Shown piece by piece: positions 10,396-19,377 of a stretch of DNA of 62,187 nucleotides; position 1 is the first letter of the stretch, and each line of letters starts with the position of its first letter. Position numbers and translations under genes: made by a program. This DNA is from Microbacterium sp. Its GTDB lineage: Bacteria; Actinomycetota; Actinomycetes; Actinomycetales; Microbacteriaceae. The DNA lies in assembly GCA_050701935.1 (NCBI GenBank), contig JBOGEI010000001.1, forward strand, positions 1 through 62,187, written 5' to 3'. The notes beneath the pieces are model-generated. The model had not been told where the DNA came from and did no database searches. It was given only the letters and a program-made list of their open reading frames with translations.

Positions 10396-11046
10396 GTGAA
10401 GACCAAAGCTCTGCGCCATCCGGCCGTCCCGATCGCCCTCGCCGCGGCCTTGCTCGCCGCGCTTCTCGTGCTCTTCTCCCCCCTCTCGGCATCCGCACAC
10501 GATGCGCTGGTGTCGTCGTCGCCGGCAGCCGACGAGTCGGTCGACGTGGTTCCCGCCGAGTTGACGCTGACGTTCAGTGCGAAGCTCATCGAGGGCGAGG
10601 GGGCGACCGAGGTCGTCGTGACCGACCCCGCCGGCGAATCGATCATCGATGGTCCCGCGACCGTGGACGGTGCGATCGTCTCCCAGCCGCTGCGCGGGTC
10701 AGGACCTGCCGGTCAGTACCACGTGATCTGGAAGGTCGTCTCCAGCGACGGACACCCCACATCCGGTGAGTACTTCTTCACCGTCACCGTCGGCGACGAC
10801 GGTGCGGCGTCGAATGAGCCCAGCGCCGCTCCGACGACCGCGGCACCGACCGCCGAGCAGACCGCGGCGCCTGCACCGACGTCTACTCCCGCGGCCGATT
10901 CCGGATCCTCCTCCGGCGCGTCAGCATGGATCTGGGGACTCTCGATCGGCGGCATCCTGGTGATCGTGGCACTGATGCTCTGGTACACGATGCGCGCGCG
11001 GAAGAGCGGCTCCTCGCCCGATTCCGACGCCCCTTCGGAGCGATAG
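10396..11046 (+). CDS. copC: CopC-family copper-binding protein with C-terminal membrane anchor
   Basis: Signal peptide ending ASA-H, W-x-VVSSDGH motif, Ala/Pro/Thr linker and a TM helix. Confidence 0.85.
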   Translation: MKTKALRHPAVPIALAAALLAALLVLFSPLSASAHDALVSSSPAADESVDVVPAELTLTFSAKLIEGEGATEVVVTDPAGESIIDGPATVDGAIVSQPLRGSGPAGQYHVIWKVVSSDGHPTSGEYFFTVTVGDDGAASNEPSAAPTTAAPTAEQTAAPAPTSTPAADSGSSSGASAWIWGLSIGGILVIVALMLWYTMRARKSGSSPDSDAPSER

Positions 11047-11055
11047 GCTTAACGC

Positions 11056-12453
11056 ATGCCTCATTACGACGTCGTCATCCTCGGTGCAGGTCCTGGTGGA
11101 TACGTCGCTGCGGTTCGCAGCGCGCAGCTCGGCCTGTCCACCGCAATCATCGAGGAGAAGTACTGGGGTGGTGTCTGCCTCAATGTGGGCTGCATCCCCT
11201 CCAAGGCCCTCCTGAAGAACGCGGAGCTCGCGCACACCCTGAACCACAAGGCGGAGTTCTTCGGAATCTCCGGCGAGTTCACGATCGACTTCGGCAAGGC
11301 GTTCGACCGCAGCCGCGAGGTCGCGGAGGGCCGCGTCAAGGGCATCCACTTCCTGATGAAGAAGAACAAGGTGACCGAGTACAACGGTCGCGGCACCTTC
11401 ACCGGCCCCAAGGCGATCTCCGTCGCCAAGGCCGACGGCACGACCGAAGAGGTCACCTTCGACAACGTCATCATCGCCACCGGATCCAAGGTCCGCCTGC
11501 TGCCTGGCGTCACGCTCAGCGAGAACGTCGTGACCTACGAAGAGCAGATCATGACCCGTGAGCTGCCCGAGTCGATCGTCATCGTCGGCGCCGGTGCCAT
11601 CGGCATGGAGTTCGCCTACGTGCTGACGAACTACGGGGTCAAGGTCACGATCATCGAGTTCCTCGACCGTGCGCTCCCCAACGAGGACGCGGACGTGTCG
11701 AAGGAGATCACGAAGCAGTACAAGAACTACGGCGTCGACATCCTCACCTCGACCAAGGTCGAGTCGGTCGTCGACAACGGCACCTCCGTCACCGTCACCT
11801 ACACCGGGAAAGACGGACAGCAGTCGTCGATCGAGGCCGGCAAGGTCCTCATGTCGGTCGGGTTCGCTCCGAACATCGAGGGCTTCGGTCTCGAAGCCAC
11901 CGGCGTGAAGCTCACCGAGCGCGGTGCGATCGACATCGACGACCACATGCGAACCAACGTCGACGGCATCTACGCCATCGGCGATGTGACCGCCAAGCTC
12001 CAGCTCGCCCACGTGGCCGAGGCCCAGGGCGTCGTCGCCGCCGAGACCATCGGCGGCGCAGAGACCCAGACGCTGGGCGACTACCGGATGATGCCGCGTG
12101 CCACGTTCTGCTCGCCGCAGGTCGCCTCGTTCGGCCTCACCGAGCAGCAGGCCAAGGACGAGGGTCGCGAGATCAAGGTCGCCACCTTCCCGTTCATGGC
12201 GAACGGCAAGGCGCACGGCCTGGGCGAGCCCGTCGGCTTCGTCAAGCTGATCGCCGACGCCGAGCACCTCGAGCTCATCGGCGCGCACATGATCGGCCCC
12301 GACGTCTCCGAGCTCCTGCCGGAGCTGACACTGGCCCAGAAGTGGGACCTCACCGCTCTCGAGCTGGCCCGCAACGTGCACACGCACCCGACGCTGTCGG
12401 AGGCGCTGCAGGAGGGCTTCCATGGCCTCGCCGGCCACATGATCAACTTCTGA
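11056..12453 (+). CDS. lpdA: Dihydrolipoamide dehydrogenase
   Basis: GAGPGGY, redox disulfide [19 protein letters not shown]. Confidence 0.97.
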   Translation: MPHYDVVILGAGPGGYVAAVRSAQLGLSTAIIEEKYWGGVCLNVGCIPSKALLKNAELAHTLNHKAEFFGISGEFTIDFGKAFDRSREVAEGRVKGIHFLMKKNKVTEYNGRGTFTGPKAISVAKADGTTEEVTFDNVIIATGSKVRLLPGVTLSENVVTYEEQIMTRELPESIVIVGAGAIGMEFAYVLTNYGVKVTIIEFLDRALPNEDADVSKEITKQYKNYGVDILTSTKVESVVDNGTSVTVTYTGKDGQQSSIEAGKVLMSVGFAPNIEGFGLEATGVKLTERGAIDIDDHMRTNVDGIYAIGDVTAKLQLAHVAEAQGVVAAETIGGAETQTLGDYRMMPRATFCSPQVASFGLTEQQAKDEGREIKVATFPFMANGKAHGLGEPVGFVKLIADAEHLELIGAHMIGPDVSELLPELTLAQKWDLTALELARNVHTHPTLSEALQEGFHGLAGHMINF

Positions 12454-12474
12454 TCGAGGTTCATCTCCATTCAT

Positions 12475-12515
12475 CACGAAGGCCCGGTCCGCATCTCGCG
12501 GATCGGGCCTTCGTG
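12475..12515. terminator. Bidirectional terminator hairpin
   Basis: CACGAAGGCCCGGTCCGC...GCGGATCGGGCCTTCGTG between convergent genes. Confidence 0.8.
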
Positions 12516-12517
12516 CG

Positions 12518-13636
12518 TCAGAGGCCACGCATCGTGAGCAGCCCGGCCGTCCACCCGCGCAGCGGTGACGATCCGAGCGTGCGCATCAGCAGCTCCCTCC
12601 CCCGCACGACCGGAGCGGAGGCCGGAGCCCCCATCGACATGTAGAACGCCGCACGGCGCTGCGCTCGTGCTGCTGACCTGCGAGCCTGGCGATCGTATGC
12701 GGTCAGGTCCGGCATCCGCTCCGGGAGCGAGCGTGCGAGCTCCCCTGCGAGGCGCATCGCGTCGACCCATCCGAGGTTCATCCCCTGCCCGCCGATCGGA
12801 CTGACTTCGTGCGCAGCGTCGCCCAAGAGCACCACCCGCCCGCGATGCATCCGCGTCGCCGTGTGCTGAGCTGCGACAAAGGTCGTGGGCATCGCCGCCT
12901 GATCGAGGTCGATGCCGATCCCGGTGCGCTGCCTGATCACCGTGGAAAAGCGCTCGGGGGTGCGAAGATCTGCGGATCCGTCGCGTACCACCCATCGTCG
13001 GCGCCCGCCCGGAAGCGGGAAGGACTCCACGAGGCCTGCGGGTTCACAATGCAGAACCGCCCGTTGCTCCGGCGACGCCTCAGCGACGTCGAGCATCGCG
13101 TAGGAGGCGCGTCCCGCACGGCGCCGCCATCCAAGGTCGAGATCGTCACGGACACGGCTCCTGACCCCGTCTGCCACCACCACCACCGCGGCCGTGAACT
13201 CGCGCGGACCGTCCGAGCCCTCTGCGCAGACCTGCACGCCGGCTGCCGTCTCTCTGACCTGCCGTGCGGTGCATCCGGAGATCACGGCGTCTGCGGAGAG
13301 CTCCTGCAGGCGCGCACGCAGCAGAGCCCCCGTCCGCTGCTGCGGAAGGATCAGGACCGGGCGATCCGCCGCGAAGGTCAACGTCGCCAGAGTCCGTCGA
13401 CGGCTGCGCACCTCGCCACCCTCGAGCTTCAGCGCCTCCGTCCGCACCGCGGCGCCGATACCCGCGGCTTCCAGTGCCTCGAGCCCCGGATGATGGATGC
13501 CGATCGCTCTGGTTCGGTCATCTGCCTCTTTCCGGCGCTCGCAGACCGCCACCCGCAGCCCTTCCTGCACCAGCAGACAGGCCAGCAGCAGACCGACCGG
13601 CCCCGCGCCCACGATCAGCACGTCATGGTCGGGCAC
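12518..13636 (-). CDS. FAD-dependent monooxygenase (UbiH/PheA-like)
   Basis: IVGAGPVG, ADG and GDAAHxxxPxGGQGMNLG; GTG start after GGGAGG, overlapping the upstream gene. Confidence 0.88.
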   Translation of the reverse strand: MPDHDVLIVGAGPVGLLLACLLVQEGLRVAVCERRKEADDRTRAIGIHHPGLEALEAAGIGAAVRTEALKLEGGEVRSRRRTLATLTFAADRPVLILPQQRTGALLRARLQELSADAVISGCTARQVRETAAGVQVCAEGSDGPREFTAAVVVVADGVRSRVRDDLDLGWRRRAGRASYAMLDVAEASPEQRAVLHCEPAGLVESFPLPGGRRRWVVRDGSADLRTPERFSTVIRQRTGIGIDLDQAAMPTTFVAAQHTATRMHRGRVVLLGDAAHEVSPIGGQGMNLGWVDAMRLAGELARSLPERMPDLTAYDRQARRSAARAQRRAAFYMSMGAPASAPVVRGRELLMRTLGSSPLRGWTAGLLTMRGL

Positions 13637-14348
13637 GATCACCCTCCCACCGCAATTCCAGGCGAGAGGGCACACCCCCGCGGACCGTCCACCCGGCAGG
13701 GGCGATCGCGGCGAGCTCGGCGAGCGTGTAGGAGCGGCGGATGCTGATGAGACCGTCCTCGCGGATGAACGAGTCAGCGAGCAGGGTGCCGGAGATCGGC
13801 CAGGTGGCTGCGGCGAACAGCAGACGGGCCGTACGGCTCCGGGCGATGTCGTGATGCGACACCAGCCCACCGGGCGCCGCGAGTTGCACGGAATCGCTGA
13901 GCACGGCCTGGAGCTCGGCGTCGTCGAGGTGATGCAGCACATGGTTGGACAGCACCACGTCATACATCTCACCCGCGGCCACGAGCTCGTTCGTGAGGGC
14001 GCGGCGATAGCGGATACCCGCGCCACGATCGTGCGCCGATGCCCAACGGATCGCGCGCTCATCGGCGTCGAGAGCGGTGATCTCGGCGTCGAGCCCGTCC
14101 TGACGCAACCGCCACGCGAGCAGGCGACAGAGGTCTCCCCCGCCCGCGCCGACATCGAGGATCCGCAACGACCGGGTGCGCTCCGCCCGCGGTCGGATGT
14201 CGCGCCGATAGAGCGCCCCGGGACGGGAGACCAACGCGTTCACGAGCCCGAAGCGTCCGTAGGTCCTGGCCAGCATCCGCGCATCGGCGCGCGGATCATC
14301 CATCAGCTCCCGGGCGTCGACGTCCCGCACCGCAAGGGCCGGGCTCAT
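13623..14348 (-). CDS. Class I SAM-dependent methyltransferase
   Basis: ELMDDP N-terminus, LDVGAGGGD motif I, NHVLHH. Confidence 0.88.
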   Translation of the reverse strand: MSPALAVRDVDARELMDDPRADARMLARTYGRFGLVNALVSRPGALYRRDIRPRAERTRSLRILDVGAGGGDLCRLLAWRLRQDGLDAEITALDADERAIRWASAHDRGAGIRYRRALTNELVAAGEMYDVVLSNHVLHHLDDAELQAVLSDSVQLAAPGGLVSHHDIARSRTARLLFAAATWPISGTLLADSFIREDGLISIRRSYTLAELAAIAPAGWTVRGGVPSRLELRWEGDRARP

Positions 14349-15505
14349 GACTGCGTCGGCACGAGCACGGTCATCAGCGCACTCTCAGCGGTCAGTCCCG
14401 GACCGAACGCCATCGCGGATACCCGGTCACCTGCACTCGGCCCCTCCTCCTCCAGGATGCGTTTGAGGACGAACAGCACGGTCGCGCTGGACATGTTCCC
14501 GTTCTCCCGCAGCACCTCCCTGGCCGGGTGCAGCTGCGCATCGCTGAGGTGCAATCGCTCCTGCACCTTGTCGAGGATGCTGCGCCCACCGGGGTGAATC
14601 GCCCAGTGCTGAACCGCCTCTCCCACATTGCCGGCCTCGAAGGCCCCACCGAGATCCTCCTCGGCGCCGTACAACGGTCGGAGCGCACCGATGATCGTCT
14701 CGCCGATGATCTGCGGCACAGCCGTTGAGAGGATCATCTCGAACCCGGTGTCGCCGATCGTCCAGGCCATGTCCTTCTCACCCTCCGGAGCGATCGCGGT
14801 GTGGAAACGGTCCAGGCGCAGTGCCGGCAATGGCGTCGGGAGGTCGCGCGCCGTGACGATGCCTGCGGCTGCCCCGTCGGCGAACAGGGAAGAGGCGACG
14901 ATCGTGTCCGGATTCTCCGATGAGCGCAGATGCAGGGTGCACAGCTCCACGCTCACGACCAGGACGACGGCACTCTCATCCGCGAGGCAGAACTGACTCG
15001 CGGCACGAAGCGCAGGCATCGACGCGTAGCAGCCCATGAATCCGAGGTGGAAGCGCTGCACGGCGTCGGACAGCCCGAGCGCGCGAACGATCTCGTACTC
15101 CGGGCCAGGGGCGTGGAACCCGGTGCACGAGACCGTGATGACGTGCGTCACATCGGCGGGCTCGAGGTCGGGGTCGGACTCGATCGCCCGCCTCGCGGCC
15201 TCGACGAAGAGCCTCGCCGCCTCACGCGTGTACACGTCGTTGCGCGCTTTCGTGCCGGGTGCCAGCAGCGCCCCCGAAAGGCGGTCGAAGAAGACGGGAT
15301 CTGCGACCTCGGATTCGAGCGACAGCTCGTCGATCACCGTGTGTCGCGTGTCGATGCCCGAGACGTTGAACGATGTGGTGACGATTCGCTGCGCGAGCCT
15401 GCCGAGGCCGGGCTGCTGCGCGAAGACATCACGCACCTGCTCCTGGACGAGGACGGTGTCGGGAACGATCGTCTGCAGCGATCGAAGCACAGGCGGTCGG
15501 CTCAT
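14345..15505 (-). CDS. Type III polyketide synthase (chalcone synthase-like)
   Basis: Catalytic triad intact: MGC (Cys), HPGG (His), GNMSS (Asn); AFGPG. Confidence 0.93.
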   Translation of the reverse strand: MSRPPVLRSLQTIVPDTVLVQEQVRDVFAQQPGLGRLAQRIVTTSFNVSGIDTRHTVIDELSLESEVADPVFFDRLSGALLAPGTKARNDVYTREAARLFVEAARRAIESDPDLEPADVTHVITVSCTGFHAPGPEYEIVRALGLSDAVQRFHLGFMGCYASMPALRAASQFCLADESAVVLVVSVELCTLHLRSSENPDTIVASSLFADGAAAGIVTARDLPTPLPALRLDRFHTAIAPEGEKDMAWTIGDTGFEMILSTAVPQIIGETIIGALRPLYGAEEDLGGAFEAGNVGEAVQHWAIHPGGRSILDKVQERLHLSDAQLHPAREVLRENGNMSSATVLFVLKRILEEEGPSAGDRVSAMAFGPGLTAESALMTVLVPTQS

Positions 15506-15568
15506 GCTGTCACTCAAGCACTCGCTGCCACCCCGGGGGAAGGGGTTGCGCGCGGCCGCGCTCTCTGC

Positions 15569-15605
15569 CTAGAAGCCCCGTGCGCGTCTAGAAGCCCAGT
15601 GCGCG
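15569..15605. repeat. Tandem duplication (19-bp period) of the 3' end of the CYTH gene
   Basis: CTAGAAGCCCCGTGCGCG-T-CTAGAAGCCCAGTGCGCG, one mismatch. Confidence 0.8.
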
Positions 15606-16202
15606 GGCGAGCTTGGAGTCGGAGCCGGATTCACGGCCGCCGGCTTCCCGAACAGCGTGCGCCACGGCGTCGAAGAAGGCAGCACGTCCTGCGTCGTCAG
15701 CCGGGGCGGCGGGGCCGAGCTCCATCTCCCACTCCCGCCATTCGCGCTGCACACCCTGGCGGAGATCGGTGGCACGCACCCGGTCGTCGACGAACTCCGC
15801 CACGACGCCGTTCGGGCCCGTCAGCAGATACGCCGTGCGGTCGTTCTCGATCCGGGCGAGCGGTGTCAGCGGTGCAGTCGTCCACTCGGACACGGTCTCG
15901 GCGACGGCGGATGGGAGCTCGTCGCCCTCGCCGAGCGGCCAGCCGAGTTCGAGCCGCCCGTCGCCCTGCCGCGGCCCCTTCACATGCCAGCCCTCGTCGG
16001 GACCGCCCGTACGACGCCGCAGCGCCACGCCTGCGCGTGCGAGCACGCCATCAGACGTGTCGAAGTACCGGGCATCCAGAGCCCGGGCCTCGCCGGTGGT
16101 GATGGTGTCGACACCGGGAACGGCGCTCCAGTTCGGCAGCGGCGTCTCGATGTCGACGTCGTACTTGCGCTCGACCTCTATCGTTCGGGACGACTCAGTC
16201 AT
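15588..16202 (-). CDS. CYTH domain protein (triphosphate tunnel metalloenzyme)
   Basis: ExExK motif (EVERKY), YFDT, LRRRTGG, WREWEMEL, SKLARAL. Confidence 0.85.
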   Translation of the reverse strand: MTESSRTIEVERKYDVDIETPLPNWSAVPGVDTITTGEARALDARYFDTSDGVLARAGVALRRRTGGPDEGWHVKGPRQGDGRLELGWPLGEGDELPSAVAETVSEWTTAPLTPLARIENDRTAYLLTGPNGVVAEFVDDRVRATDLRQGVQREWREWEMELGPAAPADDAGRAAFFDAVAHAVREAGGRESGSDSKLARALGF

Positions 16203-16407
16203 CGTCGAGCGTGAGGTCCTCGAGAGACTCTTCGAACCAGTAGTCGATCTCGGTGGGACCGTCGTTCGGACCGGTGTTCTGCGGTCCGCCACGGCGGTTG
16301 TACACCACCTGCGTCTCGCTGTAGGGGACGATCAGCTTGTCGTCCGCGTCGCCGAGAGGGATGATCTGCCCGTCCAGCGGGCCGCCGTGAAGTCGTGCGA
16401 GTGCCAT
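16195..16407 (-). CDS. Small hypothetical protein (70 aa)
   Basis: MALARLHGGPLDGQ; preceded by TACTGT -10 box; stop overlaps the CYTH start. Confidence 0.7.
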   Translation of the reverse strand: MALARLHGGPLDGQIIPLGDADDKLIVPYSETQVVYNRRGGPQNTGPNDGPTEIDYWFEESLEDLTLDDD

Positions 16408-16457
16408 GTGCTTCACAGTAGCGCCGTCGTGACGGTATCGGTGCGAGGCGGGCGGAT

Positions 16458-16928
16458 TCATCCGAGGACGACGCCCAGGAGCGCGCCGGCGATCATCCAC
16501 GGGCCGAAGGCGATCCGGGTGGCTCCGTCCGCTCTTCGCAGGAGGATGAGCACCAGCGCGTAGAGCGCCCCCAGGACGAAGGCCGAGGCCGCGCCGATCG
16601 CGAGCGACTGCCAGCCGTGCCAGCCCAGCACGAGGCCGATGACAGCGGCGAGCTTCACATCACCGCCGCCCATTCCCGCACGACTCATCCCTCGCAGCAC
16701 CGCATAGAACCCTCCGAGGATCACCATGCCGATGAGGGCGCGGGCGAGTGTCGCGCCCTGCCCCGTCGCCACGGCGTCGGTCACGGCGAGCAGGATCAGG
16801 CAGGCGAGTGTCGGCAGCACGATCCGGTTCGGGAGGCGATGCGTGCGCGCGTCGATCACGACCAGCCATCCCCCGATGCCGATCAGTGCGGTGTGCACGA
16901 GCGCGATGAGGGCGAGCCGGATGTCCAT
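16458..16928 (-). CDS. A24-family prepilin peptidase-like protein
   Basis: IDARTHRLPN, GMGGGDVKL and IAFGPW; multiple TM helices. Confidence 0.85.
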   Translation of the reverse strand: MDIRLALIALVHTALIGIGGWLVVIDARTHRLPNRIVLPTLACLILLAVTDAVATGQGATLARALIGMVILGGFYAVLRGMSRAGMGGGDVKLAAVIGLVLGWHGWQSLAIGAASAFVLGALYALVLILLRRADGATRIAFGPWMIAGALLGVVLG

Positions 16929-16987
16929 CCCCGCAGGTTAGGAGATCGACAGGTCCGGCGCAGACCACCTGTGGACAACCCTGTCGA

Positions 16988-17009
16988 TGTCCGATGTACG
17001 AACTATCGT
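16988..17009 (+). promoter_or_regulatory. Putative PafBC-type (RecA-independent) DNA-damage promoter
   Basis: TGTCCG-N10-TATCGT versus consensus TGTCGG-N10-TAnnnT (one mismatch). Confidence 0.5.
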
Positions 17010-17030
17010 CGTTCGCACAGCTTGGTATAT

Positions 17031-17046
17031 TAGAATATATCTTCGA
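17031..17046. promoter_or_regulatory. Putative LexA (SOS) box
   Basis: TAGAAT-ATAT-CTTCGA versus actinobacterial TCGAAC-N4-GTTCGA; immediately upstream of the imuA' RBS. Confidence 0.65.
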
Positions 17047-17059
17047 GAAAGGATGCAGG

Positions 17060-17842
17060 GTGATCGGGCTCGATGCGGTGGTCTCGCTCTCCCCGGGCAG
17101 CGATTCCCGGGCAGGAGAAGTCCTGCGACTGCGCCGCGAGATCAGCAGGATGCAGCGGCGACGCAGTGAACATGCACTGCTGCCCCTCGACCCCGCCTTC
17201 GCCGCGCTCCTGCCGGAGGAAGGTCTGCAGACCGGCACCTCCTACACCGTCTCCCCCTCGCCGAGTCTCGTGCTCGCGCTGCTCAGTGCGGCATCGCAGA
17301 AGGGACTCTGGTGCGCAGTGGTCGGCATGCCGAACCTCGGCGTCGAAGCAGCAGCCGCGTTCGGCATCGACCTTGCCCGTCTGATCCTCGTCCCCAGCCC
17401 CGGTGAGCGCTGGCTCGCGGCGACCTCCGCCCTGGCCGAGGTCGTGCCCCTGATCGTCGTCTCCCCCGGCATGCGGGCGCGAGACGCCGACGTCTCCCGG
17501 CTGAGCGCCCGCCTGCGCGATCGGGGGTGCACGCTCCTGGTCACCGAGTCTCCCGGCACCGAGCGCTGGCCGCAGAGCGAGGGCACGATACGACTTCACG
17601 ACCCGCACTGGCACGGCCTGGGCGCCGGCTGGGGGCTGCTCTCCGACTGCACGGTCACGGTGACCGCGCAGACACGGCACAGCCCTCGCCCGTCGAGTGT
17701 GCGCGTGCAGCTGCCGGGAGGGCACGGCACCCTCGAGGCCACCGCAGCAGAGCTCACCGCACTGCCCGTGCTCACCTCCGAGACCGCCGCTCCCCGCGAG
17801 TCTGCTCCCGGCGAGCTCCTGCGATGGGCGGAAGCCGGATGA
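17060..17842 (+). CDS. imuA: ImuA'-like RecA-fold mutasome accessory protein
   Basis: First gene of the cassette; WCAVVGMPNLGVEAAAAFGIDLARL resembles Rv3395c-type proteins; GTG after GAAAGGA. Confidence 0.8.
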   Translation: MIGLDAVVSLSPGSDSRAGEVLRLRREISRMQRRRSEHALLPLDPAFAALLPEEGLQTGTSYTVSPSPSLVLALLSAASQKGLWCAVVGMPNLGVEAAAAFGIDLARLILVPSPGERWLAATSALAEVVPLIVVSPGMRARDADVSRLSARLRDRGCTLLVTESPGTERWPQSEGTIRLHDPHWHGLGAGWGLLSDCTVTVTAQTRHSPRPSSVRVQLPGGHGTLEATAAELTALPVLTSETAAPRESAPGELLRWAEAG

Positions 17843-19377
17843 GCAGCCCGCTCCGCGTGCTCGTGCTGTGGTTCCCCGACTGGCCCATGCGGGCCGCCCT
17901 CGGCAGCGCGCCCCCGCATCCGCCCACCGCTCTGGTGCAGGCGAACACGATCGTCGCCTGCACCGCGTCTGCCAGAGAGCACGGCGTGCGCACCGGTCAG
18001 CGGCGCCGGGTCGCGCAGGGACACCTCTCGTCGTTGCGGGTGCTCCCCCATGACCCCGACAGGGACGAACGCGCCTTCCTCCCCGTGCTGCACCTGATCG
18101 AGAAGCACGCTCCCGGAGTCACACTGCTGCGACCAGGGCTCGCGATCCTCCGCGCCAGGGGCATCTCCCGCTACCACGGAGGAGAGGCGGAGGCCGCCGA
18201 AGCGCTCACCGCCGTCCTGGCCGAGGCCGGCTTCCCCGAAGTGCGCGTCGGTGTCGCCGACGGTCCGTTCACGGCCGAGATCGCCGCACGAGGCCCTGCC
18301 CCCTGCACGGTCGTGCCGCCGGGCGGATCCCGGGAGTTCCTGGCACCGTTCCCCGTGCAGGTGCTGCGCGACGAGCAGATCACCGGGCTCCTCATCCGGC
18401 TCGGGGTGCGCACGCTCGGTGAGTTCACCGCCCTCGCCCCGCTCGACGTGCGCGACCGCTTCGGCGAGCACGGCGCGCGCCTGCACGCCCTCGCCGCGGG
18501 CGCCGACTCCCGTCCGCTGGCACCGCGCCCGCCCGACCCGGAGCTGGTGCGCGACATCGAGTTCGACTCCCCGCTGGGAGGGACGGATCAGGTGGCCTTC
18601 GCGGTGCGTCAGACGGCTGATGCGGTGATGCTCGCCCTCGGCGACGCCTCGCTCGTCTGCACGGAGGTGCGGATCGACCTGACCGACGACAACGGGGTGG
18701 TCTTCTCCCGATCCTGGCTGCATCCGACCTGCTTCGACGCCTCCGACCTCGTCGACCGGGTGCGCTGGCAGCTGGAGGCTCTGGCCGCGCAGTCCGCGAA
18801 GGGCCCGGTCGACGAGGCACGGGCGTTCGGCGGCATCGTGGCCGTGCGCATCGTCCCCGCCGCCGTCGACGATGCCGCGCACCACCAGCCCGGTCTCTTC
18901 GGATCAGGTACCGATGAGCGCCTGCACCATGCCGTCTCGCGCGTGCAGACCATGCTGGGTCATCAGGGCGTGGTCACCGCCGCCGTCGCGGGCGGACGCT
19001 GGCTCGCCGACCGCCAGGTGCTCACGCCCTGGGGTGAGCGCGCAGTCCCCCCGCGCGACCCCGGGTCCCCCTGGCCTGGAAGCCTCCCCGATCCACTGCC
19101 TGCGGAGGTGTTCCTGCCCCCGCGACCGATCGGAGTGCTCGCCGCAGACGAGAGCGCGATCAGCATCGACGAACGCGGGACGCTCTCGAATGACCCCGCC
19201 CGCATCGACGGGGCCGCCGTGCAGGCGTGGGCCGGCCCCTGGCCGGTGCACGAACGTCGCTGGACGTCGGGCGGAGGAAAGCGAGGACACCGGCTGCAGA
19301 TCGTCGACGACCACGACCGCGCGTGGCTGGTCTTCCGCACCGGCGAGCGCTGGTGGGCCGAGGGGAGGTATCGCTGA
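17839..19377 (+). CDS. imuB: ImuB, inactive Y-family polymerase
   Basis: LWFPDWP N-terminus, clamp-binding-like QPGLF, WAGPWP and WWAEGRY; ATGA overlap with imuA'. Confidence 0.88.
   Translation: MSSPLRVLVLWFPDWPMRAALGSAPPHPPTALVQANTIVACTASAREHGVRTGQRRRVAQGHLSSLRVLPHDPDRDERAFLPVLHLIEKHAPGVTLLRPGLAILRARGISRYHGGEAEAAEALTAVLAEAGFPEVRVGVADGPFTAEIAARGPAPCTVVPPGGSREFLAPFPVQVLRDEQITGLLIRLGVRTLGEFTALAPLDVRDRFGEHGARLHALAAGADSRPLAPRPPDPELVRDIEFDSPLGGTDQVAFAVRQTADAVMLALGDASLVCTEVRIDLTDDNGVVFSRSWLHPTCFDASDLVDRVRWQLEALAAQSAKGPVDEARAFGGIVAVRIVPAAVDDAAHHQPGLFGSGTDERLHHAVSRVQTMLGHQGVVTAAVAGGRWLADRQVLTPWGERAVPPRDPGSPWPGSLPDPLPAEVFLPPRPIGVLAADESAISIDERGTLSNDPARIDGAAVQAWAGPWPVHERRWTSGGGKRGHRLQIVDDHDRAWLVFRTGERWWAEGRYR

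Noticed and set aside
16458..16928. Pilus or competence locus
   Set aside because: Only a lone A24 peptidase is present; no pilins or assembly ATPase in the window
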